In this document: piece by piece, positions 40,701-55,700 of the stretch
How the letters are laid out: each line of letters begins with the position of its first letter
Position numbering within the stretch: the stretch's first letter is position 1
Assembly (NCBI GenBank): GCA_964187785.1
Contig: OZ076420.1
Coordinates: forward strand, 37,386,001 to 37,450,000
Reading direction: 5' to 3'
From: Amphiscolops sp. MND2022
Taxonomy: Eukaryota
DNA length: 64,000 bases
Notes under the pieces: model-generated
What the model was told of the DNA's origin: nothing
Seen by the model: only the letters and a program-made list of their open reading frames with translations
Databases searched by the model: none
Translations under genes and position numbers: made by a program

Positions 40701-43700
40701 TGACATGTTGTTTGTCCTCCTCTGAAAAAAAGCCATCTTTCAAGTAGTTGAATACTTACAGGAAGATAACTGGGCTACTGCATTGTAAAATGTCAACAAG
40801 ACAAAGAACAAAAAACATAAGTATTACACAGAGCAAATGAATATAATTGTAATTGAAATTATCGTTGTCCATTTTGTGTTACGCTTGAAAACGTTCTACT
40901 TTTGCGTTGCTCATAAACGTGATGTTAAGATTAACGTTGGTTACATAACAGAGATAAACATCATGTGCAAGTAGTTAAATGATAACAGAAACATAACTGG
41001 GTAACTGTATTGTGAATAGTCAACGAGACAGAACAAATCATAAATTGTACATAAAGCAATTGCAATTGCATTGTGAATAATCAGTAAGACAAAGAGAATT
41101 TCCACATAAAATTATTACCAATTGCATGTCATGATATCACCCGAATCCTGATTTCGTAACCTCTCGTATTTCGTCTCGGAAAAAGCTCTGTGCATTTTTG
41201 AGACTATAGTTTTCTTTGCGGCATTCTTTCCAGAACGACGTGCTTTTGGTAGAAATTTTTTTTGTTTAGCAATTGACCCAGATCTGTCATAATTTGAAGA
41301 CATTGCACTCCGGAGTTTTTTGGGGCGTTCAAATGTGGCTGAAAATGAAACCATCATTTTCACACTTTCCGCAATTCGTTTTTTGTTTTAAAACTAGGAG
41401 CTCGTTTTTTGAAAGCAGACATCAAGAATTTCCGGTCCTTCTTGTGTTTTTTGCTTTTCGCGCTTCCTCTCCAATTCTTTCGATTCCCTCAGATTTGGCT
41501 TCGCCTCCGAACAAAAAGGAAGTGACAAAATTACAAAGTTGACAACATGTTCACTCTAGGTTATGTTTTTCTATGCTACTTCGAGGAAAAACTAACTGTT
41601 TTACATGTTAGCTTATCGTTGGTGGAGACAGGGGCATACTGTAGTCTTCCTCTACGTTGTTTCTAATCAGTCGCTTGTAATGCTGGTGCTGAATGTTTTT
41701 TGTTGAGCTCACGCGGCACGCGTTCTGAAGACGATGAGGCTATGGGAACCTTCATGAGTTGGTAATGTTGGACTGAAATGATTGTGTCTCTCTTTTCTGA
41801 CTTCTTGAAGTTTTTCTACGGAATCAAATGTTTTTTCTTTGGCCTCTTTGAACTGCTCGACTGATGGCATATTGCAAAAGTCGATCCACGATTGTGTCTT
41901 TTGTTTCTCTTTTCCGTTTCGGCCAAATGTGCTTAGGTATGATAGGAGACCTGTTTTTGTGCTCTCTGGCTTTACCAACCTGTTTCGCGAGGGGCAGTCG
42001 TTGCCGTATTTTTTGACAATGAAACTTACAAAATCGATAACACCGTCAGTTGTATTCCGCATGGTCTTCGTTGCAAACTTTTTTCGAGCGGTTGTAAGAA
42101 CGCAGGGTATACGGACATATACCAGAGCCATTTTGACATTATTATCGGGCTCTCAGTTTTTATATTGCCGGATCCAGTTGCCTGTCCTCGTATTTTGGGG
42201 CCCTCCTTTGACGTAGCCTCCTGTTGTCCCGGTACGCCTGTCCTCGTATTTTAGGGCCCTCAGTTGACATAGCCTCCTGTTGTCCCGGTACTCTCGAATA
42301 AATATTCCACAATCAGCTACATGGCTGACATGTTGTTTGTCCTCCTCTGAAAAAAGCCATCTTTCAAGTAGTTGAATACTTACAGGAAAATTACTGGGCT
42401 ACTGCATTGTAAAATGTCAACAAGACAAAGAACAAAAAACACAAGTATTACACAGAGCAAATGAATATGATTGTAATTGAAAATATCGTTGTCCATTTTG
42501 TCTTACGCTTGAAAACGTTCTACTTTTGCGTTGCTCATAAACGTGATGTTAAGATTAACGTTAGTTACATAACAGAGATAAACATCATGTGCAAGTAGTT
42601 GAATGATAACAGAAACATAACTGGGTGACTGTATTGTGAATAGTCAACGAGACAGAACGAATCATAAACTGTACATAAAGCAATTGCAATTGCATTGTGA
42701 ATAATCAGTAAGACAAAGAGAATTTCCACATAAAATTATTACCAATTGCATGTCATGATATCACCCGAATCCTGATTTCGTAACCTCTCGTATTTCGTCT
42801 CGGAAAAAGCTCTGTGCATTTTTGAGACTATAGTTTTCTTTGCGGCATTCTTTCCAGAACGACGTGCTTTTGGTAGAAATTTTTTTTGTTTGGCAATCGA
42901 CCCTGATCTGTCGTCATTTTCAAGGCATTGCACTCCGGGTTTTTTTCGCTCGTTCTAAAATGGCTGAAAATGAAACCACCATCTTCACACTTTTCTCCCT
43001 TCGTTTTTTCTACTAAAACTAGGAGGTCGTTTTTGGAAAGAGCGGACAACTTCAAGAATTTATGGTCCTTCTTGTGGTGTTTTTTGCTTTTCGCGCTTCC
43101 TCTCGAATTCTTTCGATGACCTGAGGTTTGGTTTCCCCTCCGAGCAAAAAGGAAGTGACAAAATTACAAAGTTGATAACATGTTCACTCTGGGTTTTGCT
43201 ATGTTTTTTGCTACTTCGAGGAAAAACTAACCGTTCTACATGTTAGTTTAACGTTGGTGGAGACAGGGGCATACTGTAGACTTCGTCTACGTTGTTTCTA
43301 ATCAGTCGCTTGTAATGCTGGTGCTGAATGTATATTGCTGAGCTCACGCGGCACGCGTTCTGAAGACGATGAGGGCTATGGGAGCCTTCATGAGTTGGTA
43401 ATGTTGGACTGAAATGATTGCGTCTCTCTTTTCTGACTTCTTGAAGTTTTTCTACGGAATCAAATGTTTTTTCTTTGGCCTCTTTGAACTGTTCGACTGA
43501 TGGCATATTGCGAAAGTCGATCCACGATTGTGTCTTTTGTTTCTCTTTTTCGCTTCGGCCAAATGTGCTTCGGTATGATAGGAGACCACCTGCTTTTGTG
43601 CTCTCTGGCTTTACCAACCTGTTTCGCGAGGGGCAGTCGTTGCCGTATTTTTTGACAATGAAACTTACAAAATCGATAACAGCGTCAGTAGTATTTCGCA

Positions 43701-46700
43701 TGGTCTTCGTTCCAAATTTTTTGAGCGGTTGTAAGAACGCAGGGTATACAGACATATACCAGAGCCATTTTGACATTATTATCAGGCTCTGAATTTTTTA
43801 TATTGCGGGCTCCAGTTGCCTGTCCTTGTATTTCGGGGCTCATTTGACATTGCCTCCTGTTGTCCCGATACTCTCGAATAATATTTCCACAATCAGCTAC
43901 ATGACTGACTTACTTTTTGTCCTCCTCTGAAAAAGAGCAATCATTCAAGTAGTTGAATACTTACAGTAAGATAACTGGGCCACTGCATTGTAAAATGTCA
44001 AGACAAAGAACAAAAAACATGATAATTACACAGAGCAAATGAATATGATTGTAATTGAAAATATCGTTGTCCATTAGTGTTACGCTTGAAAACGTTCTAC
44101 TTTTGCGTTGCTCATAAACGTGATGTTAAGATTAACGTTAGTTACATAACAGTGATAAACATCATATGCAAGTAGTTGAATGATAACAGAAACATAACTG
44201 GGTAACTGTATTGTAAAAAGTCAACAAGACAAGAAACAAATCATAAATTGTACATAAAGCAATTGCAATTGCATTGTGACTAATCAGTAAGACAAAGAGA
44301 ATTTCTACATAAAATTATTACTAATTGCATGTCATGATATCACCCGAATCCTGATTTCGTAACATTTTGAGACTATAGTTTTCCTCGCGGTATTCGTTCA
44401 AGTACGACGGCTTTTGGTAGAAGTTTTATGGTTCAGCAATCGACCCTGATGTGTCGTCATTTTCAAGGCATTGCATGTTAAATGTTGCTCTGTTTCAGAT
44501 GTACATGTGTTGATGTGTGGGGTTTTATTCTTAATTCAAATATTCTTTCCTTGTCAATTTACATGGTAGCAGGAGGTAGTTCGACAAAAGTTATTTGAAA
44601 CTAAACATGGCTACGTACAAAACCCCACCTGTTTGGGCAGCTGATGTTCCTTTTGAAATCTGGAAGAATAAAATTGAGGTTTGGAAATGTGTTACTGACC
44701 TGAAACCAGAACAACAAGGTCCTGCTGTTATTTTGACGTTGACTGGAAAACGTGAAGAAATAGCGTATGAGTTGACCGCCACAGAATTGAACGCCGCTGA
44801 TGGCTTGAAGAAACTCTTGGAAATCCTGGAAAAATCCTTTGGGAGAGACCAAAGTGACTATTTGTTTGAGAGTTACGACGAGTTCGAAAGTCTCTCAAGA
44901 AAATTAGATCAGACAGTTGCTGATTATATTAACGAATTTGACAAGTGCTACATGAAGGTGAAGAAGTTCAAAATTGTACTTCCAGACACCGTTCTTGCTA
45001 TAAAGCTCTTACGCAGTGCTGGGCTCACTACGGCAGAGAGAAAGTTAGTTCTGGCAGCTTGTCCCAGTCTGGAATATGAAAAAGTTCAAAAATCAATGAA
45101 ACACATATTTTCTGCAAAAACAACGGAGACGTCCTCTTCTTCGCAGGTGCAATTAAAAGAAGAACCCACGCTTGTTGCGAACACAGACGAAGAAAGTTCG
45201 GAAGGTTCCGCACTGTGGGTCGGGCGAAAATTTCAAGGACGTGAAAAGGCCTAACATAGGCAAAATCCAATCAAAAAATGGCCTTTACAAACAAAAAGAC
45301 CACATGGGAAAAACCCCATTGACTCCCGCGGAAGAGTCACTTTGTGCGCGATATGCGGTTCCAGAAATCATTGGGCCAAAGACTGTCCCGATGCCAATAC
45401 AGAGAAGACAGAAGATAAACCGCAGAATATATACTGCACATTTGTAACTGCGTGTGAGATATTGAGAAAAGAAGCTGGTCAAATGGCTATACTGGATAGT
45501 GCTTGCTCGAAAACAGTGGCGGGAATAAGTTGGGTTGAAGACTATATTGCTTGTCTGCCAAAAGTTGAAAAATTGGCGGTAGAGCAACTTGAATCGAATT
45601 GTCAAATAGTTTTCGGTGACGGAAAAAGAGAAAAATCCATGTTTCGTACATTGTTACCAGCTATTTTAGGAAACATGGGATGCAAAATTGAATGTGAAGT
45701 TGTTTCATCGCCTATTCCGTTGCTACTGAGTATGCGGGTTATGGAACATGCAAAATTTACTGTAGATTTTGCTAATCTAAAATGTACTGTAGGAGACTCA
45801 TTAACACCGGTTCCACTGAAAAAGTCAACTTCTGGACACTATATGATCAACATTATGCCGCCTGAGTCAATGCAAGAAACTGTTATGTTGACTCTTGACA
45901 AACCCGCTTTGGAAAAACTACACAAGCAATTTGGGCATTGTTCTGGTGATCGACTTATGAATCTCATCAAAAGTTGCAATACCGACTGTAAAATCCAAAC
46001 GGATTTGGTGAAAAGCATATGCGAAGAATGCCAAGTGTGTAAGAAGTTTGGAAGACCTCGAAATAGACCAATAGTGTCAATGCCACTAGCCTCTGCATTC
46101 AATGACATCGTTGCCATGGATCTTCATGAACTGACGGAGCTAGGGAGATCTGTGTATTATTTGCATTTGATCGATGTTTTCACTCGTTTCTCTGCGGCGA
46201 CAATAATCATGGAGAAAAAGACTGATGTGGTGATAGATGCGATCAATAATGTTTGGGGAGTACAGTTTGGATATCCTCACAAGTTTATGTCTGATAATGG
46301 CGGTGAATTTAGTAGTGCGAAAATGAGAAGCTTTGGAGAATGCTACGACGTCGAAATTATGACGACTCCGGCTTATAGTCCTTGGGCTAATGGCATTGTC
46401 GAGCGTCATAATGCTATTCTATCTGAGACGTTCTTAAAGCTGAGATTAGACAAAATGTTCAGAGACGACGAAACGTGCTTGAAATATTCTGTATTTGCCA
46501 AAAATTGCCTTCTGTCTGCAAATGGATTTAGCCCGTATCAACTGGTTTATGGCCGAAATCCTAATTTGCCCTCATGTGTCACGAACCGTCCTCCAGCACT
46601 AGAGAACATAACAACGTCGGAACATGTTCAACGCCATATTTCGCTTCTCCAGAAATCGCGAGAAGCTTACATTGCTGCTGAATCGTCTGAAAGAGTGAAG

Positions 46701-49700
46701 CGAGCTCTAAGGGCTAACATACGCTCCGATCAAGGTCCCTTTCATCATAACGAAGCGGTGTATTATAAGCGCAATGAAAATCAGTGGAGGGGCCCAGGGA
46801 GAGTCATTGGTCAAACGGGTCGTGAGGTTATGATAAAACACGGAGGACAAGTCATAAGTGTGCATACGACACGGTTAAAACGTGTTAACAACTCGTGCAT
46901 ACCGGAAGATAATGACCAGGAAAATGGAGCCGAAAAAGATCCTCATTATGGGGAAGAAAATGAACCAATCCCTTCAAAAAGCGAAGATGGAGAGGAATAT
47001 GACGATACCCAAGTAGCTATTGAAGAGGAATATGACGATACCCAAGTAGCTATTGAAGATGATGGGAACAATGATACTGATCAGCAATCTGACTTAGAGA
47101 AACATGGCAATTTGAACAAAACAAATTCATTTATGAACAATCATCAATTAAAAAGTGAGTCAATTGGCTCCAAATTGGTAGAAAAGATACCCCTTTCCGA
47201 GTCAAAGCCAACGGCGCACCCATCGATAAAAGACAGAATAAAAATAACCCTTCGACGTGCTCCAAACGAAGAACGAGAAGCAATTGTATTGAGTAGAGGT
47301 GGAAAAGTTGGAAAAAGCGGAAACGGAAAGCATAAAAATTGGTTCAATGTAGAGTATGTGTCTCCGGAATGTCACACTGGAATGAGAGAATGCTTAGAGT
47401 TTGGAAAAGATACGGTCGATTGGTCAAAGATCGAGGAACCTGTGTTGTTGAATAACGTGGAGCCAGATCCTGTTGAAATTGCTAAAGAGAAAGAGCTTCT
47501 CAGCTGGGGAGAATGTGGAGTATACGAAGAGGTATACTCTGAAACAGACGATTACATTGATTTGAAGTGGGTAATCACAACGAAAAGTACAGGAATTGTT
47601 AAAGCGAGGCTCGTAGCGAAAGGATTCCAAGATCCTGACAATGCAATTTTAGTTAAAGATGCCCCCACGTGCGCAAAAGAAAATTTTAGGGTCATTCTAA
47701 CACTAATTTCCAGTAGAAAACACTGGAAAGTCGGCATTATAGATGTCAAAACTGCTTTTCTGCAGGGGAATCGTCTGAAACGAGAAGTATTCGTGAGACC
47801 CCCTGAAGAATTCAGACAGGAACACATCCTTTGGAAACTCCTGAAACCAGTTTATGGACTGTCAGATGCCCCTAGATTATGGTATGAAAGAGTCAAAGAG
47901 GTGCTTACATCTTTGAAGTGCCTTATGTCCACCTACGATGCCTGTGTTTTCATTTTCTGGAACGAGGGAACAATCAGTGGAATCGTTACCATTCATGTAG
48001 ACGATTTTTTTTATGCGGGTGACAATACGTTTTATGATACAGTGATCTCCGGTATACGAGATGCGTTTACAGTGGGAAAGGAACAGAGTTTACCAACCAA
48101 ATATCTTGGACTCGACGTGGGTAAAGTGGACGATGTGATCTCGATTTCCCTTGAGCATTACTCTGATGAATTGTCAGAGATCCAATCAGTGATGCATATC
48201 AGGAAAACAGACCCAGTAAGCGATGAGGAGAGGAAAATTATGCGTTCGAAACTTGGTAAGCTGCTGTGGGTTTCTACTCAAGTTCGCGTGGATCTCGCAT
48301 TCATAACCAGCAAGCTGTCGTCGTCATTGTCAAATCCTGTTTACGAAGATCTTGCACAAATGAACAAAGTTATCAGGGATATCAAAGCTGGATTTGGGTT
48401 AAATCTTAAGTTTAATGACCTTGGGGAGCCTTGCAACTGGAACTTATTTGCGTTTTCTGACGCCTCCTTGAATAACATTGAAGGGGGATATACTCAAGCG
48501 GGATACTTGATTTTTTTGGTTAACAAAACGGATGGAAGATGCACTTTATTACAATGGCGCTCATACAGATTGCGACGTGTCGCAAGAAGCACATTAGCAG
48601 CGGAGTTGTTGGCTGCATCCGAATGTGCTGATGTCAGTTTGATGCTAAGGTCGTTGCTTCGGGAGATTACCAAAGAGGGAATAAAAACATTCATTTTTAC
48701 AGACAACAATTCATTGGTGGATGCAGTTTATTCAACGAAGCTAGTCAGTGACAAGAGACTCCGCGTGGATGTCGCGTATCTGCGAGAGATCGTTTCCACG
48801 AGGGATCTCGTATTTATTTGGATTAATACAAGTCGTCAACTTGCAGATGGATTGACAAAACAGACGAAAAATGGAGAATTAAAGGATGTGATGGCAAAAA
48901 TGTCGCTGAAAAAATATCTTTCTGATGTCGAAAATGTTGTGAAATTCAAAGATTCAAACCTTTGAAGTTTTAACTGAATTGTTGATGTGCCGTATATTTT
49001 AAGTATTTGATTAAAATGATCTTGCGCCACGCTTTCTACATTAGAATTCATTCATTGGAAGGGCGCCTTCATGCTCAATTTATTGAAAACTCGCGCAGTA
49101 TCTCATTGAATAACTTTGCTGTGAATCCATTTCAATTTTATTATGCACATTTTATCTGCACATTTTATTCGCATCAATAAATTGTGTTTAAATTGAAGCA
49201 GAGCAACAAAAGGAAAGGAGGGGAATGTTAAATGTTGCTCTGTTTCAGATGTACATGTGTTGATGTGTGGGGTTTTATTCTTAATTCAAATATTCTTTCC
49301 TTGTCAATTTACATTGCACTCTGGGTTTTTTTCGCTCGTTCTAAAATGGCTGAAAATGAAACCACCATCTTCTCACTTTTCTCCCTTCGTTTTTTCTTTT
49401 AAAACTAGGAGGTCGTTTTTCGAAAGCGGACAACATCAAGAATTTCCGGTCCTTCTTGTGTTTTTTGCTTTTCGCGCTTCCTCTCCAATTCTTTCGATGA
49501 CCTCAGATTTGGTTTCGCCTCCGAACAAAAAGGAAGTGACAAAATTACAAAGTTGATAACATGTTCACTCTAGGTTGTTTTTTGCTACTTCGAGGAAAAA
49601 CTAACTTCTACATGTTAGTTTAACGTTGGTGGAGACAGGGGCATATTGTAGTCTTCCTTTACGTTGTTTCTAATCAGTCGCTTGTAATGCTGGTGCTGAA

Positions 49701-52700
49701 TGTATATTGCTGAGCTCACGCGGCACGCGTTCTGAAGACGATGAGGTCTATGGGAGCCTTCATCAGTTGGTAATGTTGGACTGAAATGATTGCGTCTCTC
49801 TTTTCTGACTTCTTGAGAAGTTTTTGTACGAAATCAAATGCTTTTTCTTTGGCCTCTTTGAACTGTTCGACTGATGGCATTTTGCAAAAGTCGATCCACG
49901 ATTGTGTTTTTTGTTTCTCTTTTCCGCTTCGGCCAAATGTGTCTCTGTATGATAGGAGACCACCAGCTTTTGTGCTCTCTGGTTTTTCCAACCTGTTTCG
50001 CGAGGGGCAGTCGTTGCCGTATTTTCTGACTATGAAACTTACAAAATCGATAACAGCGTCAGTTGTATTTCGCATGGTCTTCGTTCCAAAATTTTTTCGT
50101 GCGGTTGTAAGAACGCAGGGTATACGGTCATTTTTAAGAAACTAGTATACCGTCTCAGACCTAAATTCATTGAAGAAAGTGCAATGATATAAAAAAACGA
50201 AATTCAAAGAATTATGAAAAACTGGAATACATATCGTGGAAAACCAACAACAACAACAACAGAACCACTAATAAGGGCTCAAATTCAATGAAAACGGTTA
50301 ATAACAAAAAAAGGTTTCAGCAATTGATAACAAACGGACAGTATTAAAAAAGTGTATCAGCAATTGAATTCAAAACAATTTCAAATACTTCTGAACTTGC
50401 TTCTCGGTCATACTCGTTTTCTTTGACTTAAGAATTCTACCATGACTTATGCGAACTAAATTTCTAGTTCCTTTATCATCCGGATGGACGCCATCTTTGT
50501 CAAGAATAAAACTGGTGTTGCCGCTGAAAAATTTTCCAATTCCCACAAACTCGAATAAAGACCTCTTGCTAGCCACTTCCTCCAACTGCTGGTTCAGTAC
50601 TGACAACTAATGATTGAATTGACAACCAATCTTCACTATTGAAATCTTTGTAAAACTGTTGCGGAACAGCGATAACATATATAACGACAGCGAAATTAGA
50701 AGAAAGATACTCTGTTAGTCTCTCCATACGTTCTACTGCCTAATCGAAAACAGGACATAAACAAACGTTTTTTTTAAAAAAAAAAATGTGCATATTATCC
50801 TTTGAACTTTCTAATTTTAAAATCAAACAAACCTTCAGAGTTAAATCAGCTTCCCGACTACTCCAAGATTTCAATTTGTTTCCGCCAGCCAATATTCCCA
50901 TTTTGACATACTTCTCAACGGCAAATCATTTCAAATACTCGTGCACTGTTTCAACGCGGGCACCAGAAATGGAAATTATCAAATTTGTCGTTCTTTATGT
51001 ATAATCAATAAGCTACTTCCGATAACTAAAGTATTGTTGTTACTCAATCGCCTCGTGTGTTTTCTGATTTTATAACTTCTCACTCTAATCTTCGCGTTGA
51101 CAATCTCCTCATTCATTTCAAATTCCATGACTATCTTAAACAGTAATATCCATTGAAACAACTAAGAAAAAAACCAACGCTATGTCAACGAAATTAAACC
51201 AAACGGTACGAACGAAAAACCAAATAGTACAGTACATGCACTGCGCCACTATTGAGTTAGGTCATTTGGGAAATAATTAATACCAAAGTAGACGCTTAGA
51301 GCCACTATCGAGTAAACAGAGTATGGCTCATTAATATGGGTGGTATTGAAAATTCAGAGCTTTTCTGTAGCGCCACTTTCCACTCGATTGCTATTGTATT
51401 GGAACAGTCAAGCTAATACATTAGCAAAGAGAGTACGCATAAAGAGAACCATTCGCAAATAAACGATTAGTGAAGCAAGAACTGACACAAGCAAAACAGC
51501 TCAGTTTAAAGAAGCAATAAACAATCGGGCCTTTATTAGTTTTATTTTACCTCACCGCCCCTTAAGGCGGATCTACACCTTTTGCCTCGGGTTGTCATTC
51601 GCAACCGTCAGCGAGGTCCATTGGACCCCCTCTGAAAAGAACAGGGCAAAGAAAAAAACTTACCTTCTGAAACTATTTTGGTATCCGATACCATTCGCTG
51701 CTTACCAAATTACCACAAATTTACCAGACGTAACCTGTTACCAAATATTACCTGTATGCAGGAAAAGTCAACTCCGTCACCTGGAAAAGAAAAAATTAGT
51801 TGGAATTACCGTGAATTTAAAACCTACCTACACTCAAAATGTCATAAGTCAACGTCAGGTTAAGCTAGAGAGACGTTCTATAGCTCATTTTTCTCGTCTA
51901 TCCCAGTACTTCCCACAAGCATTCACTTGCAATCCTAGTTGTGTGGAAGTTTCTTGACTTTGGGAGACCTGAAGTTGAGAAAAAATCGAAACTTTTCTAA
52001 GTCATTTATCTTTTACCCGGAAATGCTGAAACTGCGGCAAAAGGACCAAATGGTTTTGCTGGGAAGTAAACCGGCCAGGGGAGGCCTTTAGTAGGGGACC
52101 TGGAAAAAATCTGGGCGAACAACGGCAGAGATAGACTGGGATCTGAAGAAAAAATCTGAAAAAATGGTGAGAAAATCAGTTATTACTCAATCAATTTCAA
52201 TCCGATTTGGACCAAAATTTGTCCACGTACTCCTCTAACACCGCTGAACAATATTGACGTCAACGTGCGACCCGCTCCGGGCACCTGGGAGCGAGATATA
52301 GGCTCACAAAGTTGAAAAAGTGGTTTTTGGGCTACCGGACGGGTCGTTTTTGGCCAAAAGTCAATTTTCCTTCGACAGATTTTTATAAAACTTGGCACAG
52401 AACGTTTTTCCATACTTTAGGGCCACATGCCAAATTTCAGCCGAATCGTACAGGTGGGATTGGAGATCGTGAGTTTTCAGGCGGGGGTACGTAAGATGTT
52501 GAACCCTGCTCCGCGCTACCCAAAACTCGGCACGGGTCCCTCCCCGGCCTCGCCCTAATTTTCATGTCCTAAACGGGACAGACCACCCAGTGTCATTTGC
52601 CTCTAGGCCTGTTCCGGTTTTTTGATCTAAATGCTTGCTGATCTAGAGGGAGACTTTGGACACAAAAAAGGTTTTCTAGTCGGAAAACTTCCAAAAAAAC

Positions 52701-55700
52701 AAAAGGAGACCTTTCGGTGATATTTAAAAAATCAAAGAAACCCACTTAGTGCCGAAAAATTCAAAGGAATACCATTTTGGTCATGTATAGCTTTTAGGTA
52801 CTGTAAAAATGTAAAATAAAGAACAACCTTTTGGGTACCTTTTATACCTTAGGCGAGAAGTCAGTAAAAAGCAGACCATTCAGATAAGTTCTTTAATCTG
52901 CCGATAAACTAGTCTATCTAATAATCCGGCTCATTTCCTCACAAAATGAGCAGACTAAAAAAGTGCATCTCCTAATTGCTTTTTCGAAGAAAAAGTTTTT
53001 GAAAACTATGAGAAAAAAAGTTGTCGACAAATAATGTGTGTTCGGAGAACGTGAGTGGTTTTTGCACAGAAAATATGGTTTTGTTGTTACATACTTACAG
53101 TTTGTTGTTACAGTCTGAAGAAAGGTATTAGAAGCCAAAATTTGGGCGAATATACAGTTGGAAGATGACTTGTTCGTGTCAAGAACCGATGTGTTTCAGG
53201 AAAGACTCTTGCTGACGCTGAGGGTGACATCATCCGAGGTCTTCAGGTCGTGGAGCATACTTGTGGCATCACCAACTTGCAGCTGGGAGAGTCTCTCAAC
53301 ACCATCACCAAAGATATGGACATCAACAGCTACAGGTACCACTAGTTAATAAACTATCTGCATCAGTGCTGACCAATTGAACATAAAGATTGACCTTTAA
53401 CGGGTAATTTAATAGACCGATCCGTTAAATGGACTTTTTGCTCCAACTTTCCAAAAACCGAAGTACGGTTGAATTCGCTTAATTAAAACGTGAACGGTTT
53501 CTGGGAACATGAAGAAAATGGCACCAGTACGCGAAATTGTAACTAAGCAACTTGTTATTAACTGTGAACCACTGCCTTCATTCTAATCACATTTTCGGCA
53601 TTTTCTATTCTTAATTTTAGGCACTTTCTTTTTTCTTTTTAGAAAAGTAGCAAGAGAGTTGCTGTTGGAAAATCTCCGAAAGTTTTGTATAAGAAACTGC
53701 AATGCAATTCAGTACATCATATTCTTTTAAGAGTAAATAAGAAGGATTAATGTAATGGGTTTGAATAATTTAATGGATTGGAAATTTGAACGGATCCATT
53801 TTTTGGTTATCATTGACTGGCAGAGCTGGTTTTTGAAATAGCTGAACTTCATCGATTATTGTAATTTGGGTACATCATGCAGTCTCTCCATGAGTCTTGG
53901 CAGAGACTTATAAATAGGACTTTTAAAGGTGAATCAAGCAGTTATAGCAGCGGAGAAAAGCCCTTCGGTGCATGCAGGACCAGCATACCCCTGGAAACTG
54001 GATTTTTCTTATTATTTTGCTTTGCTGTCCAACATTTCTGTTATGGAAAAAGTGGGAGAAATCTTCTTTCAGAAGGTTAAACATGACATTTGGCCCATGC
54101 ACAATTTTTCTGGTCTTTTGCGCTACGTGTTCGTTTTTTTTAAAAGTTGAAATCTGATCGTTTTAGTGTAAGTACATAGTCTACTGCATACGTAAGAATT
54201 CAGTCGGCATGATGATGAAAAGGATTTGCAAACTTGACCTATCTTGATTCCAAAACCCACGCTATCAAATTTCAAGTACAGGAATACTATTGAAAATACA
54301 GTTGAATCTGCCTGGTTCGTATCGCTAAGGACCGAATAAAACAGTACGAATAATGAGAAATACGGATTAACCGGATGTTATTACTTTGGTCGTCGCTAAA
54401 TGGGGTCTCAGATCCATACTTATTAAACGAAAATCCGAATTATCCGGATACGAATTAACTGGAGTTGACGGTATTTGTCAATACTTCCTGTAAATTCAAA
54501 AGGGCACAGACTGGTATCAAACTCGATTGGTTCTTATTTTAGGGTGCCTTTGGGAGTGTGTGCAGGAATATGCCCGTTCAACTTCCCGGCCATGATTCCC
54601 CTGTGGATGTACCCCCTGGCATTGGTGTGTGGAAATACCTTCGTGCTCAAGCCCTCCGAGAGAGTGCCCAACACTGCCATGTTTCTTGCCCAGCTCGCTG
54701 TCGATTCCGGTGTGCCTGCAGGTACGATATGCACCTTACCATTTTAGTCGGCGCTTTTTGTTACAAAAAGTGCCCGACTATTACATTGCAGTGACAAGTT
54801 TTTTGTCAGACCACAGTCCTCGCACTGAATTGTTCACTGTTTGAACAGTTTGTTCACGCCACTTGGCCTAGTGGTTAGGATGCTTGTTTCCCAAACAGGC
54901 GGTCGTCGGTTCCGAAGATTAACTTTTTATGATTCAAATTTTGGCGTGATCAAAAGGTAATTTTTTGGGTCCGTGAAATTCTTTTCATCAAATGCATCCC
55001 CTCTATGGATGTTTTTCCTATTTTCACTCGGCGTGACACGTTTTACGAGGCTAAAGGATCCCCTTTGGATCTTTCGGCACTGCATTTTTTTAGAGCAAAT
55101 ATTTTTCTACCATTTTAAATTTTTTCTTCAGTTGGAGGAAAATGTTTTTCGAGCGCAAAAGGCACCTTTTGTGACACTGTGAAATCCATGAGAATATCCT
55201 AACAACTACTCTGAGCATATTCTTGAGTTTGCGCTTTTTCAGCCGGATGCCGACTTGAAATTCGCTTCATTTCAGCTGAACGAAGCGAATCTTGGCTTAT
55301 TTTGACATACAACATGTGAGAGCTTTTGTTAGCGCTATGTTGTTAGCGATCTTCACAAGCTGTGATATTTACCACCTGAACCTTTTTAACTCTGAACCTT
55401 ATATTTGAGCTCGTATCCTTAGCTTCAGAACTGTGGCTTGATGCGCTGTAATTTTCTGTTTTTTTGCAGAGTCATAAGATTTTTTTCCAGAATTGCAGAA
55501 CGTTCTGTGCAGAATATCTACCCATTTTTTAGACATTTCGTGTTTTTGCATCTACAGGGTCTTAGGGCTTGTTCTCGAATACATGCTGGTGTTTTTTTAG
55601 TATATTACCAACATCAATTTTGAGGTCTATCGGTTAAACTTAGAATTGTCAACTTGAAAATTACGACCTATTTTAATTTCAAATTCTGACCATTTGTAGT

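Larger units (their letters stand above)
44476..49313 (+). mobile_element. Ty1/copia LTR retrotransposon (GalEa-like by motifs), 4838 bp
   Basis: Identical 88-bp LTRs (44476-44563, 49226-49313); 5-bp TSD TTGCA; PBS TGGTAGCAG (tRNA-iMet-like); PPT AAAGGAAAGGAGGGGAA; order PR-IN-RT-RH. Confidence 0.96.
40668..50127. repeat. Tandem array of a ~1.6-kb unit (3 copies, third split by copia; partial copy at ~38925-39419)
   Basis: Unit starts CTCGAATA at 40668, 42293 and 43873. Copy 3 resumes at 49319 and ends at 50127. Homologous minus-strand ORFs in each copy. Confidence 0.88.

Noticed and set aside
46992-47057. 33-nt tandem duplication in copia pol ([11 protein letters not shown] x2)
   Set aside because: An in-frame slippage event in the variable IN-RT linker; no functional signal.
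51560-52900. Repeat-like region with possible MITE ends (TTAAGGCGG, GGGGGTAC)
   Set aside because: I could not pair termini or find a TSD with confidence.
35994-53199. The two giant introns are almost the same length (17,225 and 17,206 nt)
   Set aside because: They were built from unrelated insertions, so this is treated as coincidence.
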